A DNA stretch of 64,000 nucleotides. It comes from an uncultured Gemmatimonadales bacterium (GTDB lineage Bacteria > Gemmatimonadota > Gemmatimonadetes > Longimicrobiales > RSA9). Positions 29,788-39,395 of the stretch are shown here, one piece after another. Each line of letters opens with the position of its first letter. The stretch's first letter is position 1. Location: contig OY970192.1 in NCBI GenBank assembly GCA_963708135.1, forward strand, positions 4,768,001-4,832,000. Reading direction: 5' to 3'. The position numbers and the translations under genes are program-made. The notes under the pieces are model-generated. The model had not been told where the DNA came from. It did no database searches and worked only from the letters and a program-made list of their open reading frames with translations.

Positions 29788-31182
29788 ATGCGTCGATCGT
29801 CCTTCGTCCTGGCAGCGCTCGCCTCCCTGGCCGGCGCAAGCGTGCTCTGCGCGCAGGACCCCGGGAGCTCCGTGGTGCCCTTCAACAAGAAGGCCGGTGG
29901 CAGCAAATCCGTCACCATGGTTGCGCACGTCGTCACCCACCCCGGCGCCTGGAAGCTCTCGGACGTCGAGATGGAGCAGGACCGCGGGCGGCCGTACGTC
30001 TACGCGTCCGGCTTCACGAACTTCGACTTCCAGGTCTACGACGTGAGGGACCCGTCGCACCCGAAGAAGGTCTACGACTGGACGATTCCGAATGCCGAGC
30101 TGCACCGCGGCATCGGGGCGATGGACGGGAAGTACTTCAAGATCGGGGACCGGTACTACTACGCGCAGTCGTACCAGTTCATGCAGGGCAGCCCCGATGC
30201 GGACCTGGGGGCGGTGATCTTCGATGTGACCGGGCTGCCGGATGCGTCGAAGGTGAAGAAGGTCGCCGAGATCCGGTATCCGCAGGCGCCGGGCGGGTTC
30301 CACAACACCTTCGCCTACAAGCACTCCGACGGCCACGTGTACTACATCACGACGGCCAACGAGGGTGACGCGCTGGTGTGGGACGCCGACAAGATCGTGA
30401 GCGGCGCGCCCGAGAGCGAGTGGCTCGCCGGCAAGATTCCGAATCCCACCCCGTTCAGGCAGATGGGCACCGGCAGCTACCACGACTTCTACGTGGGCTA
30501 CGAGCCGGCTTCGCACGAGGACAAGTTCTACGGCGCCGGCCTGGGCGGCTATTCGGTGTGGAACATCACCGACGTCAAGGACCCGAAGCAGCTGTTCACC
30601 ATCACGGGCCTCGGCCTCGACATCGCGCACACGTTCACGCCGTCGCCCGACGGACACTACGCCGTGACGGAGACGGAGTACGAGTACACGCCGCTGCGCA
30701 TCTGGGATCTCGAGCCCGGGCAGAGCGGCAAGACCAAGAACATCGACGTGCCGATCGCCGGCTGGGCCGCCGACTGGCGGGATCTGGCGCACAACCACGA
30801 AGTCCGGTGGCCCTACGTGTTCGTGTCGGCGTACGAGGATGGATTCCAGGTGTTCGACCTCAAGAATCCGCGCGAGCCGCATACCGACGGCTGGTACTTC
30901 ACGTGTAACGTCCATTGCGAGCACATGCACGGCTTCGGCGGCACGCCGAACAACGGCTACGAGAGCACGGTCAGCGTCGAGCAGGGCGCCTTCGGCGTCA
31001 ATGTGCGCAACTACGACGGGCTGATCGCGCTGTCCGACATGCGCTCGGGGCTCTGGCTCTTCCACCTCCAGGGCTTCGACGGGTGGAATGGAGCGAAGGA
31101 GGGCGTGGCGAACATCTCCAGCGTCCAGGACTTCGACCACGGGCCGGCGGCCGCGGCGACCCGGAGCGCCGGGCAGAACTGA
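29788..31182 (+). CDS. Secreted LVIVD-repeat/beta-propeller protein
   Basis: Signal peptide, repeats such as FQVYDVRDPSHP and FQVFDLKNPREP, and several conserved-looking His residues. Confidence 0.75.
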   Translation: MRRSSFVLAALASLAGASVLCAQDPGSSVVPFNKKAGGSKSVTMVAHVVTHPGAWKLSDVEMEQDRGRPYVYASGFTNFDFQVYDVRDPSHPKKVYDWTIPNAELHRGIGAMDGKYFKIGDRYYYAQSYQFMQGSPDADLGAVIFDVTGLPDASKVKKVAEIRYPQAPGGFHNTFAYKHSDGHVYYITTANEGDALVWDADKIVSGAPESEWLAGKIPNPTPFRQMGTGSYHDFYVGYEPASHEDKFYGAGLGGYSVWNITDVKDPKQLFTITGLGLDIAHTFTPSPDGHYAVTETEYEYTPLRIWDLEPGQSGKTKNIDVPIAGWAADWRDLAHNHEVRWPYVFVSAYEDGFQVFDLKNPREPHTDGWYFTCNVHCEHMHGFGGTPNNGYESTVSVEQGAFGVNVRNYDGLIALSDMRSGLWLFHLQGFDGWNGAKEGVANISSVQDFDHGPAAAATRSAGQN

Positions 31183-31223
31183 TCGTGGAGCGAGGAGGAC
31201 GTGCGGCCGGCACACACCGTGGC

Positions 31224-31745
31224 GTGACGCCGCGTGTGCCGGCCGCGCTTGGACGGGTGGCGGCGACGCTCGCGCTGATGGGGCTTCCGGCCGCCCTGCA
31301 CGCCCAGGCCCCGGGCCACCGCGAGGGGCCGTACGACATCCCGCTGTTCAACACGCCGCGGACCGCCGGGGCGTCGGGAGCGGCGCGCCTGGTCTACGCG
31401 TCCTCTCCCTTCGGCGTGGCGGTCACCGTGGACGGGATCGACCGCTACGACGTCCGCACGACCATCCAGGGGTTGCCCGCTCCCGCGTCACTGGGACCGT
31501 ACAGGGCCTACGTGGCCTGGGCGGTGACCACCGACCTCTCGAAGTGGGACCGCCTGGGCGCGGTGCAGAACGGCACGACCGTCGTCGGCACCACCGCGAT
31601 GAACAAGTTTCTGCTGGTCGTCACGGCCGAAGCCAACCCGACCGTCGCCGTGCACGCTGGGCCGACCGTGCTGCACGGCACATCGCCGAGCGGCTGGCTG
31701 GAGAACTTCCTGACGCACGACGCGTTCTTCCGTGGGGTCTATTAG
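31224..31745 (+). CDS. Hypothetical secreted protein (start uncertain, 31185-31236)
   Basis: Signal-like segment ending ALHA, then YVAWAVT...LLVVTAE; sits between two co-oriented genes. Confidence 0.6.
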   Translation: MTPRVPAALGRVAATLALMGLPAALHAQAPGHREGPYDIPLFNTPRTAGASGAARLVYASSPFGVAVTVDGIDRYDVRTTIQGLPAPASLGPYRAYVAWAVTTDLSKWDRLGAVQNGTTVVGTTAMNKFLLVVTAEANPTVAVHAGPTVLHGTSPSGWLENFLTHDAFFRGVY

Positions 31746-31748
31746 CCG

Positions 31749-33527
31749 ATGAAGATGTCGCTGGTCCTGGCGCTAGCGCTGGCCCTCGCGGTGCGGGCGG
31801 CGCCCGCGGTGGCGCAGCAGCCGCCGCACAAGCCGCCGCCGGCCGCGGACAGCAGCGCGGGCCGGAGCCCGATGCCATCCGACAGCGGCATGGCGGGCAT
31901 GGAGATGGGCGGTCACGCCGACATGGGGATGCCCATCCCGATGCCGAAGGGCATGCCAATGTTCGGTGCGCTCAGGGGGCTCACACCGCCCATCACGCCC
32001 TTCCTGCCGGGGGAGGGCGTGGATGCCTCCACGCTGCCGATGGCCAGGCGGTCGCAGATCGTGCGCATGAACGACGGCGACACGCTCGACCTCACGGCCA
32101 TGCTCCTGCGCCGCAGGATCGAGGGACGTACCTACGTGATGTACGGCTACAACGGGCAGTCGCCGGGGCCGCTCATCCGGGTGCCGCAGAACGCGACGAT
32201 CGTCGTGCGGTTCCACAACCACATCGATCTGCCGAGCACGGTGCACTGGCACGGCGTGCGCCTCGACAACCACTTCGACGGGGTGCCGGGCGTGACGCAG
32301 GAGCAGGTGGCGGTGGGGAACAGCTTCACCTACGAGGTCCACTTCCCCGATGCGGGCGTCTACTGGTATCACCCGCACGTCAGCACCTACATCGAGCAGG
32401 CGATGGGGCTGTTCGGCAACATGATCGTCGACTCCCCGGACCCGGCCTACTATTCCCCGGCGAACGACGAGCAGGCGCTGATGCTCGACGATCTGCTCGT
32501 GAACGCGGACACGCTGATCCCGTTCGGAAAGCACTCGCCGGACTTCGCCCTCATGGGACGGCTGGGCAACGTGCTGCTGGTGAACGGCGAGCAGCGCCAC
32601 GACCTGGAGGTGCACCAGGGCGCGGTGGTGCGATTCGCGCTCACGAACTCGTCCAGCTCGCGCACCTACAACCTCTCGTTCAGCGGGGCACCGATCAAGC
32701 TGCTGGCCGGCGACCTGAGCCGGTTCGAGCACGAGCAGATGGTCTCGAGCGTCGTGCTCGGGGTGGCCCAGCGCTACGTCGTGGAGGTCCGCTTCCCCAG
32801 GCCGGGGCGCTACGCCCTCGTGAACGCCGTACAGGCGATGTACCACTCCCAGGGCGAGTTCGCCCGGGAGGTTGACACCCTCGGCATCGTGACCGTGGAT
32901 TCCACCCCCGCGGCGCCCGACTACGCCGCGCAGTTCGCCACGCTGCGCACCAACGCGGCGGTGGTGAAGGACATCGACCAGTACCGGCAGTACTTCGACC
33001 GGCCGCCCGACAAGCACTTCACGCTGAGCATCCGCCCAGGCGACCTGCCGCTGGGGACGATCCAGTTCATGAACGTGGATACGGCGTACTACCAGCCCGT
33101 GGAGTGGATGGACGGCATGCCGATGATGAACTGGCTGTCGACGGGCACGGAGCTGAAGTGGATCATCCGCGATGACGCGACGGGCAAGGAGGACATGGAC
33201 ATCGACTGGCACGTCAAGCAGGGCTCGGTGGTCAAGCTCCGCATCTTCAACGACCCGTTCTCCTTCCACCCCATGCAGCACCCGATCCACCTGCACGGGC
33301 AGCGCATGCTCGTCGTCGACCGCGACGGCGTGCCCACGAAGGACTTCAGCTGGGAGGACACCGTCATCATCCCGGTAGGGTCCACCGTGGACCTGCTGAT
33401 CGACGCCTCCAACCCGGGGGACTGGCTGATGCACTGCCACATCTCCGAGCACATCGCGTCCGGGATGGAGACCGTGTTCCACGTGGACCCGGTGGCCGGC
33501 ATGGCGGGGCCTTCGACCGGACACTAG
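31749..33527 (+). CDS. Multicopper oxidase with Met-rich N-terminus
   Basis: All four Cu-binding motifs: HWHG, WYHPH, HPIHLHG and HCHISEH...M. Confidence 0.93.
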   Translation: MKMSLVLALALALAVRAAPAVAQQPPHKPPPAADSSAGRSPMPSDSGMAGMEMGGHADMGMPIPMPKGMPMFGALRGLTPPITPFLPGEGVDASTLPMARRSQIVRMNDGDTLDLTAMLLRRRIEGRTYVMYGYNGQSPGPLIRVPQNATIVVRFHNHIDLPSTVHWHGVRLDNHFDGVPGVTQEQVAVGNSFTYEVHFPDAGVYWYHPHVSTYIEQAMGLFGNMIVDSPDPAYYSPANDEQALMLDDLLVNADTLIPFGKHSPDFALMGRLGNVLLVNGEQRHDLEVHQGAVVRFALTNSSSSRTYNLSFSGAPIKLLAGDLSRFEHEQMVSSVVLGVAQRYVVEVRFPRPGRYALVNAVQAMYHSQGEFAREVDTLGIVTVDSTPAAPDYAAQFATLRTNAAVVKDIDQYRQYFDRPPDKHFTLSIRPGDLPLGTIQFMNVDTAYYQPVEWMDGMPMMNWLSTGTELKWIIRDDATGKEDMDIDWHVKQGSVVKLRIFNDPFSFHPMQHPIHLHGQRMLVVDRDGVPTKDFSWEDTVIIPVGSTVDLLIDASNPGDWLMHCHISEHIASGMETVFHVDPVAGMAGPSTGH

Positions 33528-33578
33528 GGCCGCCGCCGGCGTGCCGCGCTCCTGGCGACGACCCGTAGCCGTCCGCAG

Positions 33579-34019
33579 CTAAGTCCCGGGGCTCCGGTCC
33601 GCCTCGCACGCCGCGCCTTCGCTGCCTTCGGCCGGCCGCGCCTGCGTAGGCTCGGTGCGCGTGAAGCGGGCGCCCATGAGGGTCGCGGATTCGGCCCGCC
33701 CGCCGCGCTTCGGGAACGAGAACGTCACCACCGCGCCGGAGCCGGCGCCGGCGAGCGCGAGGATCCCGGCCAGCATGAGCAGCTCGATGCCGCTGACGCG
33801 CTGGCTCCCCTTCTCGCTGTGGTACCAGGCAAGAACCAGGACGACGGGCAGCCCGAGCGCCAGCAGTACGGTGGCCACGCGCATCACCAGATCGGGCCAG
33901 GCGAACGGCTGCGCCAGCATCGAGAGGAGCTGGAGCAGCAGCCATGCGGCGCCGAGGTACGCCAGCCCCCACTGGCCGAGCTTGCGCTCCTTCAGGTGCG
34001 CGAGGAAGGAGGGGTTCAT
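33579..34019 (-). pseudogene. Truncated membrane N-terminus of a TolB-like/adenylate-cyclase-type protein
   Basis: FLAHLKERKLGQWGLAYLGAAWLLLQ...LGLPVVLVLAW, then the sequence degenerates after the third TM helix. Confidence 0.55.
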
Positions 34020-34116
34020 TGCGAGGCGGACTCCCAGTTCGTGACCAGGGAGCCCAGTTCGCCCTGGACGCGATAGCGGCCGGCCAGTGCCGCGCGAAGC
34101 ACGCCCGCCGCTCCGT

Positions 34117-36684
34117 TCACCGCGCTCCCTCGATGACGAAGAGCTGAGACGTATACTGCAGAGCGTCGTACGCGTACACGCGTGGATCGTCCGCGAGCGT
34201 CACGGCAAAGATCTGGAGCATGCCGGGATCGGCTCGCGGCACCAGCGTCTCGAGGCGCTCCCGGTGCCCGGTCGTGATGTCGACCCGGTTGACGGGGATC
34301 GGCAGCGTGTCGGCGCGCCAGACCCAGATCGACTCCCCGTCCGGACTCCAGCGGATCAGACGATCCCTGGCGCGCAGACCGCTCACCAGCCGTGAGGAGC
34401 CATCCCGCAGGTCGTGCAGTCGGGCTCTGCCGCTTGCGCTGACCGTGAGCACCCGCTGCCCGTCAGGCGATGCCAGGCCTGCATCGACGCCACCGCTGGT
34501 CAGCGCGCGCCACTTGGTGTCGGACGCTGTACGGAAGAAGCACTGTGGGGTGCGTGAGCTGATCGTGCCGCATGCCAGGATCGAATCCTCGCCGGGTCCC
34601 CATACCTGGGCGTGGTCCAGCGCGCTGAAGGCGCCGAGATCCAGGCGTCGCGTGCCTCCCACACCCACGGGGTACAGGCGCAGCTGGGCGGGCGTGGTCG
34701 GAACGAGCGCAACCACCGAGCGTCCGTCGGGTGAGAAGCCCTCGACCGAACCCTCCCCCAGCCGAACCGCCGGAGAGCCATCGGTCTTCCGCACGATCGC
34801 GCCGTAATCCGCGCCAGCGGCCTCGCCGACGTCCTCGAGCCCGAGCAGGCGACCATCGCGCGACAGCTTGGGAAAGATCGAGCTGTCGAGCCAGGACAGG
34901 TCCATCTCGTCGCCGCCCCCCGGCGGACGGACGCGGATCCGGTGCCTCTTGCTGTCCCGCGTCGCCAGCCAGCGCCCGCCACGCGAGACATCCTGGATCG
35001 TCGTCATGCCCGGCGTCGCGATCGCGATGCGGGCGCCCCCGCGCAGGCTCGCCTCGTGGATCTGGAGGCCCGGTCCGGCATGGGCGGACGAGAAGAGGAC
35101 CAAGCGGCCATCGGCCGACCACGCGAGTCCCTCCTCCGCTTCGAATCCCGCCGCGAGCACCGTCCGGTGCCGCGCCCGGTCCACCACGTCCACCGATCCG
35201 CGGTCGTCGTATCGCGTGGGGTGCTCGAGGAACGCGAGTTGCTGCCCGTCAGGCGAGATGCGCAAGTCACTCAGGTATCCCGGCGCATCGTAGAGCAGCG
35301 TGCCGATCGGGTACTCGAGACGGTCGCGCCCGCCGACCTCGCGAATGATCGCGAGCGTCGTTCCATCCGGCGACCAGTCGGCCTCGCGCACGCTGTCGAG
35401 CATCTCGCGCGGCGTCCCGCCCTCGAGTGGCACGCGTGCCAGGGTGCCGACGAAGAGGCGGTGAGTCCCGAGGTAGTGCGCATGCGTGAGCAGGGCGAGC
35501 TCGCTGCGCGAGGAGACGGCCAGCAGATGCGTGTCGTCGAGGCCGAGTGGCCTCGCCTCGGGGTAGTCGGGACGCACCACGTACAGCGCGGGCACGCTCC
35601 CCTCCCGCGCCGCGTCGAAGACGACCGTCCGGCCGTCGGGGGCGAAGCGGGCGTTGAAGATCGCCTCGCTGGCGAACGTCACCTGGTGGTAAGCGACGCT
35701 CGCCTGCGCGGCGCGGTGGTGGTCCCCGACCAGGAACCCGGCCGCGGCGGTCGCAAGGAATGCGAGACCCCCGATGGCCAGCACTCCCCACCGCGCCCGA
35801 CGTCCGCCGCGCGACCCGGGACCAGCGCCGCGCAGGATCGGTTCTCCCGGGCGAATGAGCGCCTCGGCGAAGTCGCTCGCGGCGGCGAATCGATCCGCCG
35901 GCAGCTTCTCGAGCGCCTGCGCCACCGCCGCCTCCACGTGCGCCGGCACCGACTTCCGCTGCAGTGTGAGTGCGCGCGGCGATTCCGTCATCACGCGGGC
36001 GACGATGGCCTGCGCGTTGGGCCCGGTGAACGGGGCCTCGCCGGCGAGCATCTCGTAGGTCACCGCGCCCAGCGCGTAGACGTCCGCGCGGCCATCGATG
36101 CGCGTCTCGCCCATGGCCTGCTCCGGCGCCATGTACTGCGGCGTGCCGAGGGATAGCCCCGTCTGCGTCATGCGCGCCCCACCCGCGTACTCCACGGCGA
36201 GCGCGATCCCGAAATCCGCGACGAGCGCATGGCCGTTCTGCAGCAGGATGTTCTCGGGCTTGATGTCCCGGTGGATGACGCCCCGCTCGTGCGCGTACTG
36301 CAGCGCAACGGCGGCTTCGGTGGCGATGCGCAACACGTCCGCGATGGCGAGCTGCTTCTCCCGCTCGAGCCGCGCGCGCAGCGTCTCACCCTCCACGAAC
36401 GGCATCACGTAGTAGAGCAGCCCATTGGCCGAGCCCGAGTCGAAGAGCGGCAGGATGTGGGGGTGTTGCAGCGATGCCGTGAGCTCGATCTCCTTCAGGA
36501 ACCGCTCGGGCCCGAGAACCGCCGAAAGCTCAGCGTGCAGCACCTTGATCGCAACATTGCGATGGTGCCTCAGGTCCTCGGCCAGGTAGACGGTGGCCAT
36601 GCCGCCCGCGCCGAGCTCGCGCTCCACGCGGTAGCGCCCGGCCAGCTCCGTTTCCAGCCGCGCCAACAGCTCCGCGGTCGTCAT
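34117..36684 (-). CDS. Ser/Thr kinase + TM + PD40/TolB-like beta-propeller (paralogue 3 of tandem array)
   Basis: LGAGGMATVY, HRDIKPENIL, DFG, GTPQYMAPE, and repeated xSPDG motifs. Confidence 0.9.
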   Translation of the reverse strand: MTTAELLARLETELAGRYRVERELGAGGMATVYLAEDLRHHRNVAIKVLHAELSAVLGPERFLKEIELTASLQHPHILPLFDSGSANGLLYYVMPFVEGETLRARLEREKQLAIADVLRIATEAAVALQYAHERGVIHRDIKPENILLQNGHALVADFGIALAVEYAGGARMTQTGLSLGTPQYMAPEQAMGETRIDGRADVYALGAVTYEMLAGEAPFTGPNAQAIVARVMTESPRALTLQRKSVPAHVEAAVAQALEKLPADRFAAASDFAEALIRPGEPILRGAGPGSRGGRRARWGVLAIGGLAFLATAAAGFLVGDHHRAAQASVAYHQVTFASEAIFNARFAPDGRTVVFDAAREGSVPALYVVRPDYPEARPLGLDDTHLLAVSSRSELALLTHAHYLGTHRLFVGTLARVPLEGGTPREMLDSVREADWSPDGTTLAIIREVGGRDRLEYPIGTLLYDAPGYLSDLRISPDGQQLAFLEHPTRYDDRGSVDVVDRARHRTVLAAGFEAEEGLAWSADGRLVLFSSAHAGPGLQIHEASLRGGARIAIATPGMTTIQDVSRGGRWLATRDSKRHRIRVRPPGGGDEMDLSWLDSSIFPKLSRDGRLLGLEDVGEAAGADYGAIVRKTDGSPAVRLGEGSVEGFSPDGRSVVALVPTTPAQLRLYPVGVGGTRRLDLGAFSALDHAQVWGPGEDSILACGTISSRTPQCFFRTASDTKWRALTSGGVDAGLASPDGQRVLTVSASGRARLHDLRDGSSRLVSGLRARDRLIRWSPDGESIWVWRADTLPIPVNRVDITTGHRERLETLVPRADPGMLQIFAVTLADDPRVYAYDALQYTSQLFVIEGAR

Positions 36685-39395
36685 TGCCCGTCTCCGCCGC
36701 CGGACGCCTTGCCGGCGCTCGGGGCCGCGCGCAGCATCGCCGGCCAGCCGGTCACGACGTCGATCCGGTCCGCGACGCCATCGTCCTGCACCATCAGGAA
36801 GTGCCGGCCATCCGGCGCGACGTCGTACGGCGTCCAGCGGCCGTTGCGCACGTACTGGCCCGTGAACAGCTCCATCGGGCGGCCGAAGCGCGGGGGATCC
36901 CCCGCCGGATCGACCGGCACGGCGTACAGCGCCTCGCCGCTCACGAAGTAGATCTCGCGCCCGTCGCGCCGCCACAGCGGCGACGTGCCGCCCTGCAGCG
37001 AGATCTGCCAGCGGCCACCGCCATCCGGGTACGACCGCACGTAGATCTCGTTCCGCCCGCTCTCGTCGGACACGTACGCCAGCAGCCGGCCGTCGGGCGA
37101 GAGCATGGGCGAGAGCTCGCTCGCCGGCGTCGCCAGCACCGCGCGCGGCGTGTGGTCCGTCCCGCCCACGGGCACCGCGACGATGTCGAGGCCGGTCGCG
37201 GGCAACGTCTCCCGGAAGAGCAGTGTCTTCCCGTCGGGAGTGAAGGAGCTGGGGAAGCCGAGATAGACGCTGTTGACGAGCTGCTCGGCCGTGCCCGTTC
37301 CGTCCGCGCGGATCCAGAACGGCGCTGCACGGCCCGTCGTGCTCCCCCGCCGCGACGCGAAGGCGATCCGGTCGCCGGCGGGCGTCCAGACCGGGTAGAA
37401 GTTGTCCGACTGGAAGGTGAGGCGCGTCCGGCTCCCGCGCTCGAGGTCCAGCACCCAGATGTCGCGGGCGCCGCGCTGCTCGTCCGTCTGGGTGAAGGCG
37501 ATCCGATGGCCGTCGGGGGAGAACTTCGCGCTCTCGTACGCCCCGGGCTCCAGCGGTACCGGTTTCGCGGCGCCGGTACGGTCGACGAGCACCAGACTGC
37601 GGCGCGGCGTCCCCGCCGGCACATAGACGAGCACACCGGTCCGCGACACGGCGAAAGACGTCCCGTTCGGCCCCCCGCGGCCGCTTCGCAGCAGTGGGAT
37701 GGGAGTGCCGCGGACCATGCCGCGGCGCGCGTCGAACGGGACGGCCGAGACGGAGAGATCCTGGTCCTGGACCAGGAGGTAACCCGGTGCGGCATACTTC
37801 GCCGCGACGGCTCCGCCCAGCAGATCCGAGTGCCCGACATGGCTGCGCGCGCCTGTCCGCAGAGAGAGGAGCTGCAGCTTCGGCCCGCCGCCATCGTAGG
37901 CGAGGACGATCGCCGTGGCGCCGCCGGGGAGGATCTCCGGTCTCGCGAGCTTCACGGGGTGGCCGTCCGCGCGGCGCGGCCGCGCCAGCCGCAGGGGGGC
38001 AGGTGCGCCGCCGCCGCTCGCGACGCGGTACGCTCGACCGCCCTGCACGAAGAGGATCGTGCCGTCGTCGCCCCAGCTCATCCCGTCCAGGATCTCCGGG
38101 CCGCGGGGCAGGTGGCACAGGGTCAGCATGTGCCCGCTGGCGAGCTCGACCTTGCGCAGCTCGCCCGCGGCGACGAACGCGACCCACTGGCCATCCGGCG
38201 AGAACGTGGGAAAATCCGCACCTTCGGTACCCGGCACCGGCCGCGGCTCGGGGTCGGCCAGGTCGCGCTCGACGAGCTGCCGCTCGACCGAGCTCACCGC
38301 GAGGTAGACAATGCGGCGGCCGTCCGGCGAGATGGCGACGTCGTTCCCGACCGCGGTATGGACGTCCACCGGCTGCCCGCTGGGGAGCACCATGCGGAAG
38401 TGCACGGGAGCCGGTGTGGAGTCCGGCGCGGGGCGCCACCACCGTGCGGAGGCGAGCACCATGCCGGCGCCGAGCAGGGCGCCGGTCGCCGTGGCGAGCG
38501 CCAGCGGACGCCACACGTGGCGGCGCTGGCGCGAACGTGTCGGGCCGCCGAAGGGGAGCGGGGCAGTACCGGCCAGCGCGGTGCCGAATGCGGCGGGCGT
38601 GGGGAAGCGGTCGGCAGGGAGCTTCTCGAGCGCAGTGTGCACCGCGTGCTCCACCTGCGGCGGCACGGTCCGGCGCAGCTCGCCGAGCAGGCGCGGCGAT
38701 TCCGTCATCGCGCGGGCGATGATCGCCTGCGCGTTGGGCCCGGTGAACGGGGCCTCGCCGGCGAGCATCTCGTACGTGACCGCGCCGAGCGCGTAAACGT
38801 CCGCCCGGCCGTCGATGCGCGCCTCGCCCATGGCCTGTTCGGGCGCCATGTACTGCGGCGTGCCCAGGCTCAGCCCCGTCTGCGTGAGACGGCTCCCGCC
38901 CGCCTGCTCCACCGCGAGCGCGATCCCGAAGTCGGCGACGAGCGCGTGGCCGTTCTGCAGCAGGATGTTCTCGGGCTTGACGTCCCGGTGGATGACGCCC
39001 CGCTCGTGCGCGTACTCGAGGGCGTCGGCGACCTCCGCCGCGATCCGCACGGCGTCGCTCACCGGCAGCTGCCGCTCCCGCTCGAGCCGCGCGCGCAGCG
39101 TCTCACCGTCCACGAACGGCATCACGTAATAGAGCAGGCCGTCGGCCGAGCCGGAGTCGAAGAGCGGCAGGATGTGCGCGTGCTGCAGGCTGGCGGTGAG
39201 CTCGATCTCCTTCAGGAAGCGCTCGGGGCCGAGCATGGCCGAGAGCTCCGGATGCAGCACCTTGATGGCGACGCGGCGGTGGTGCCGTACGTCCTCCGCG
39301 AGCCAGACCGTGGACATGCCGCCCGCGCCGAGCTCGCGCTCGAGGCTGTAGCGCCCCGCGAGGGCGGCAGCGAGCGACGGCTGAGCGGACGTCAC
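36681..39395 (-). CDS. Ser/Thr kinase + TM + PD40/TolB-like beta-propeller (paralogue 2)
   Basis: Same kinase motifs. GTG start at 39395; 4-bp overlaps with both neighbours. Confidence 0.9.
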   Translation of the reverse strand: MTSAQPSLAAALAGRYSLERELGAGGMSTVWLAEDVRHHRRVAIKVLHPELSAMLGPERFLKEIELTASLQHAHILPLFDSGSADGLLYYVMPFVDGETLRARLERERQLPVSDAVRIAAEVADALEYAHERGVIHRDVKPENILLQNGHALVADFGIALAVEQAGGSRLTQTGLSLGTPQYMAPEQAMGEARIDGRADVYALGAVTYEMLAGEAPFTGPNAQAIIARAMTESPRLLGELRRTVPPQVEHAVHTALEKLPADRFPTPAAFGTALAGTAPLPFGGPTRSRQRRHVWRPLALATATGALLGAGMVLASARWWRPAPDSTPAPVHFRMVLPSGQPVDVHTAVGNDVAISPDGRRIVYLAVSSVERQLVERDLADPEPRPVPGTEGADFPTFSPDGQWVAFVAAGELRKVELASGHMLTLCHLPRGPEILDGMSWGDDGTILFVQGGRAYRVASGGGAPAPLRLARPRRADGHPVKLARPEILPGGATAIVLAYDGGGPKLQLLSLRTGARSHVGHSDLLGGAVAAKYAAPGYLLVQDQDLSVSAVPFDARRGMVRGTPIPLLRSGRGGPNGTSFAVSRTGVLVYVPAGTPRRSLVLVDRTGAAKPVPLEPGAYESAKFSPDGHRIAFTQTDEQRGARDIWVLDLERGSRTRLTFQSDNFYPVWTPAGDRIAFASRRGSTTGRAAPFWIRADGTGTAEQLVNSVYLGFPSSFTPDGKTLLFRETLPATGLDIVAVPVGGTDHTPRAVLATPASELSPMLSPDGRLLAYVSDESGRNEIYVRSYPDGGGRWQISLQGGTSPLWRRDGREIYFVSGEALYAVPVDPAGDPPRFGRPMELFTGQYVRNGRWTPYDVAPDGRHFLMVQDDGVADRIDVVTGWPAMLRAAPSAGKASGGGDGQ

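Noticed and set aside
34117..38514. 1465-aa ORF as a single protein
   Set aside because: The part upstream of 36684 is an off-frame read of the neighbouring kinase gene; the real start is 36684.
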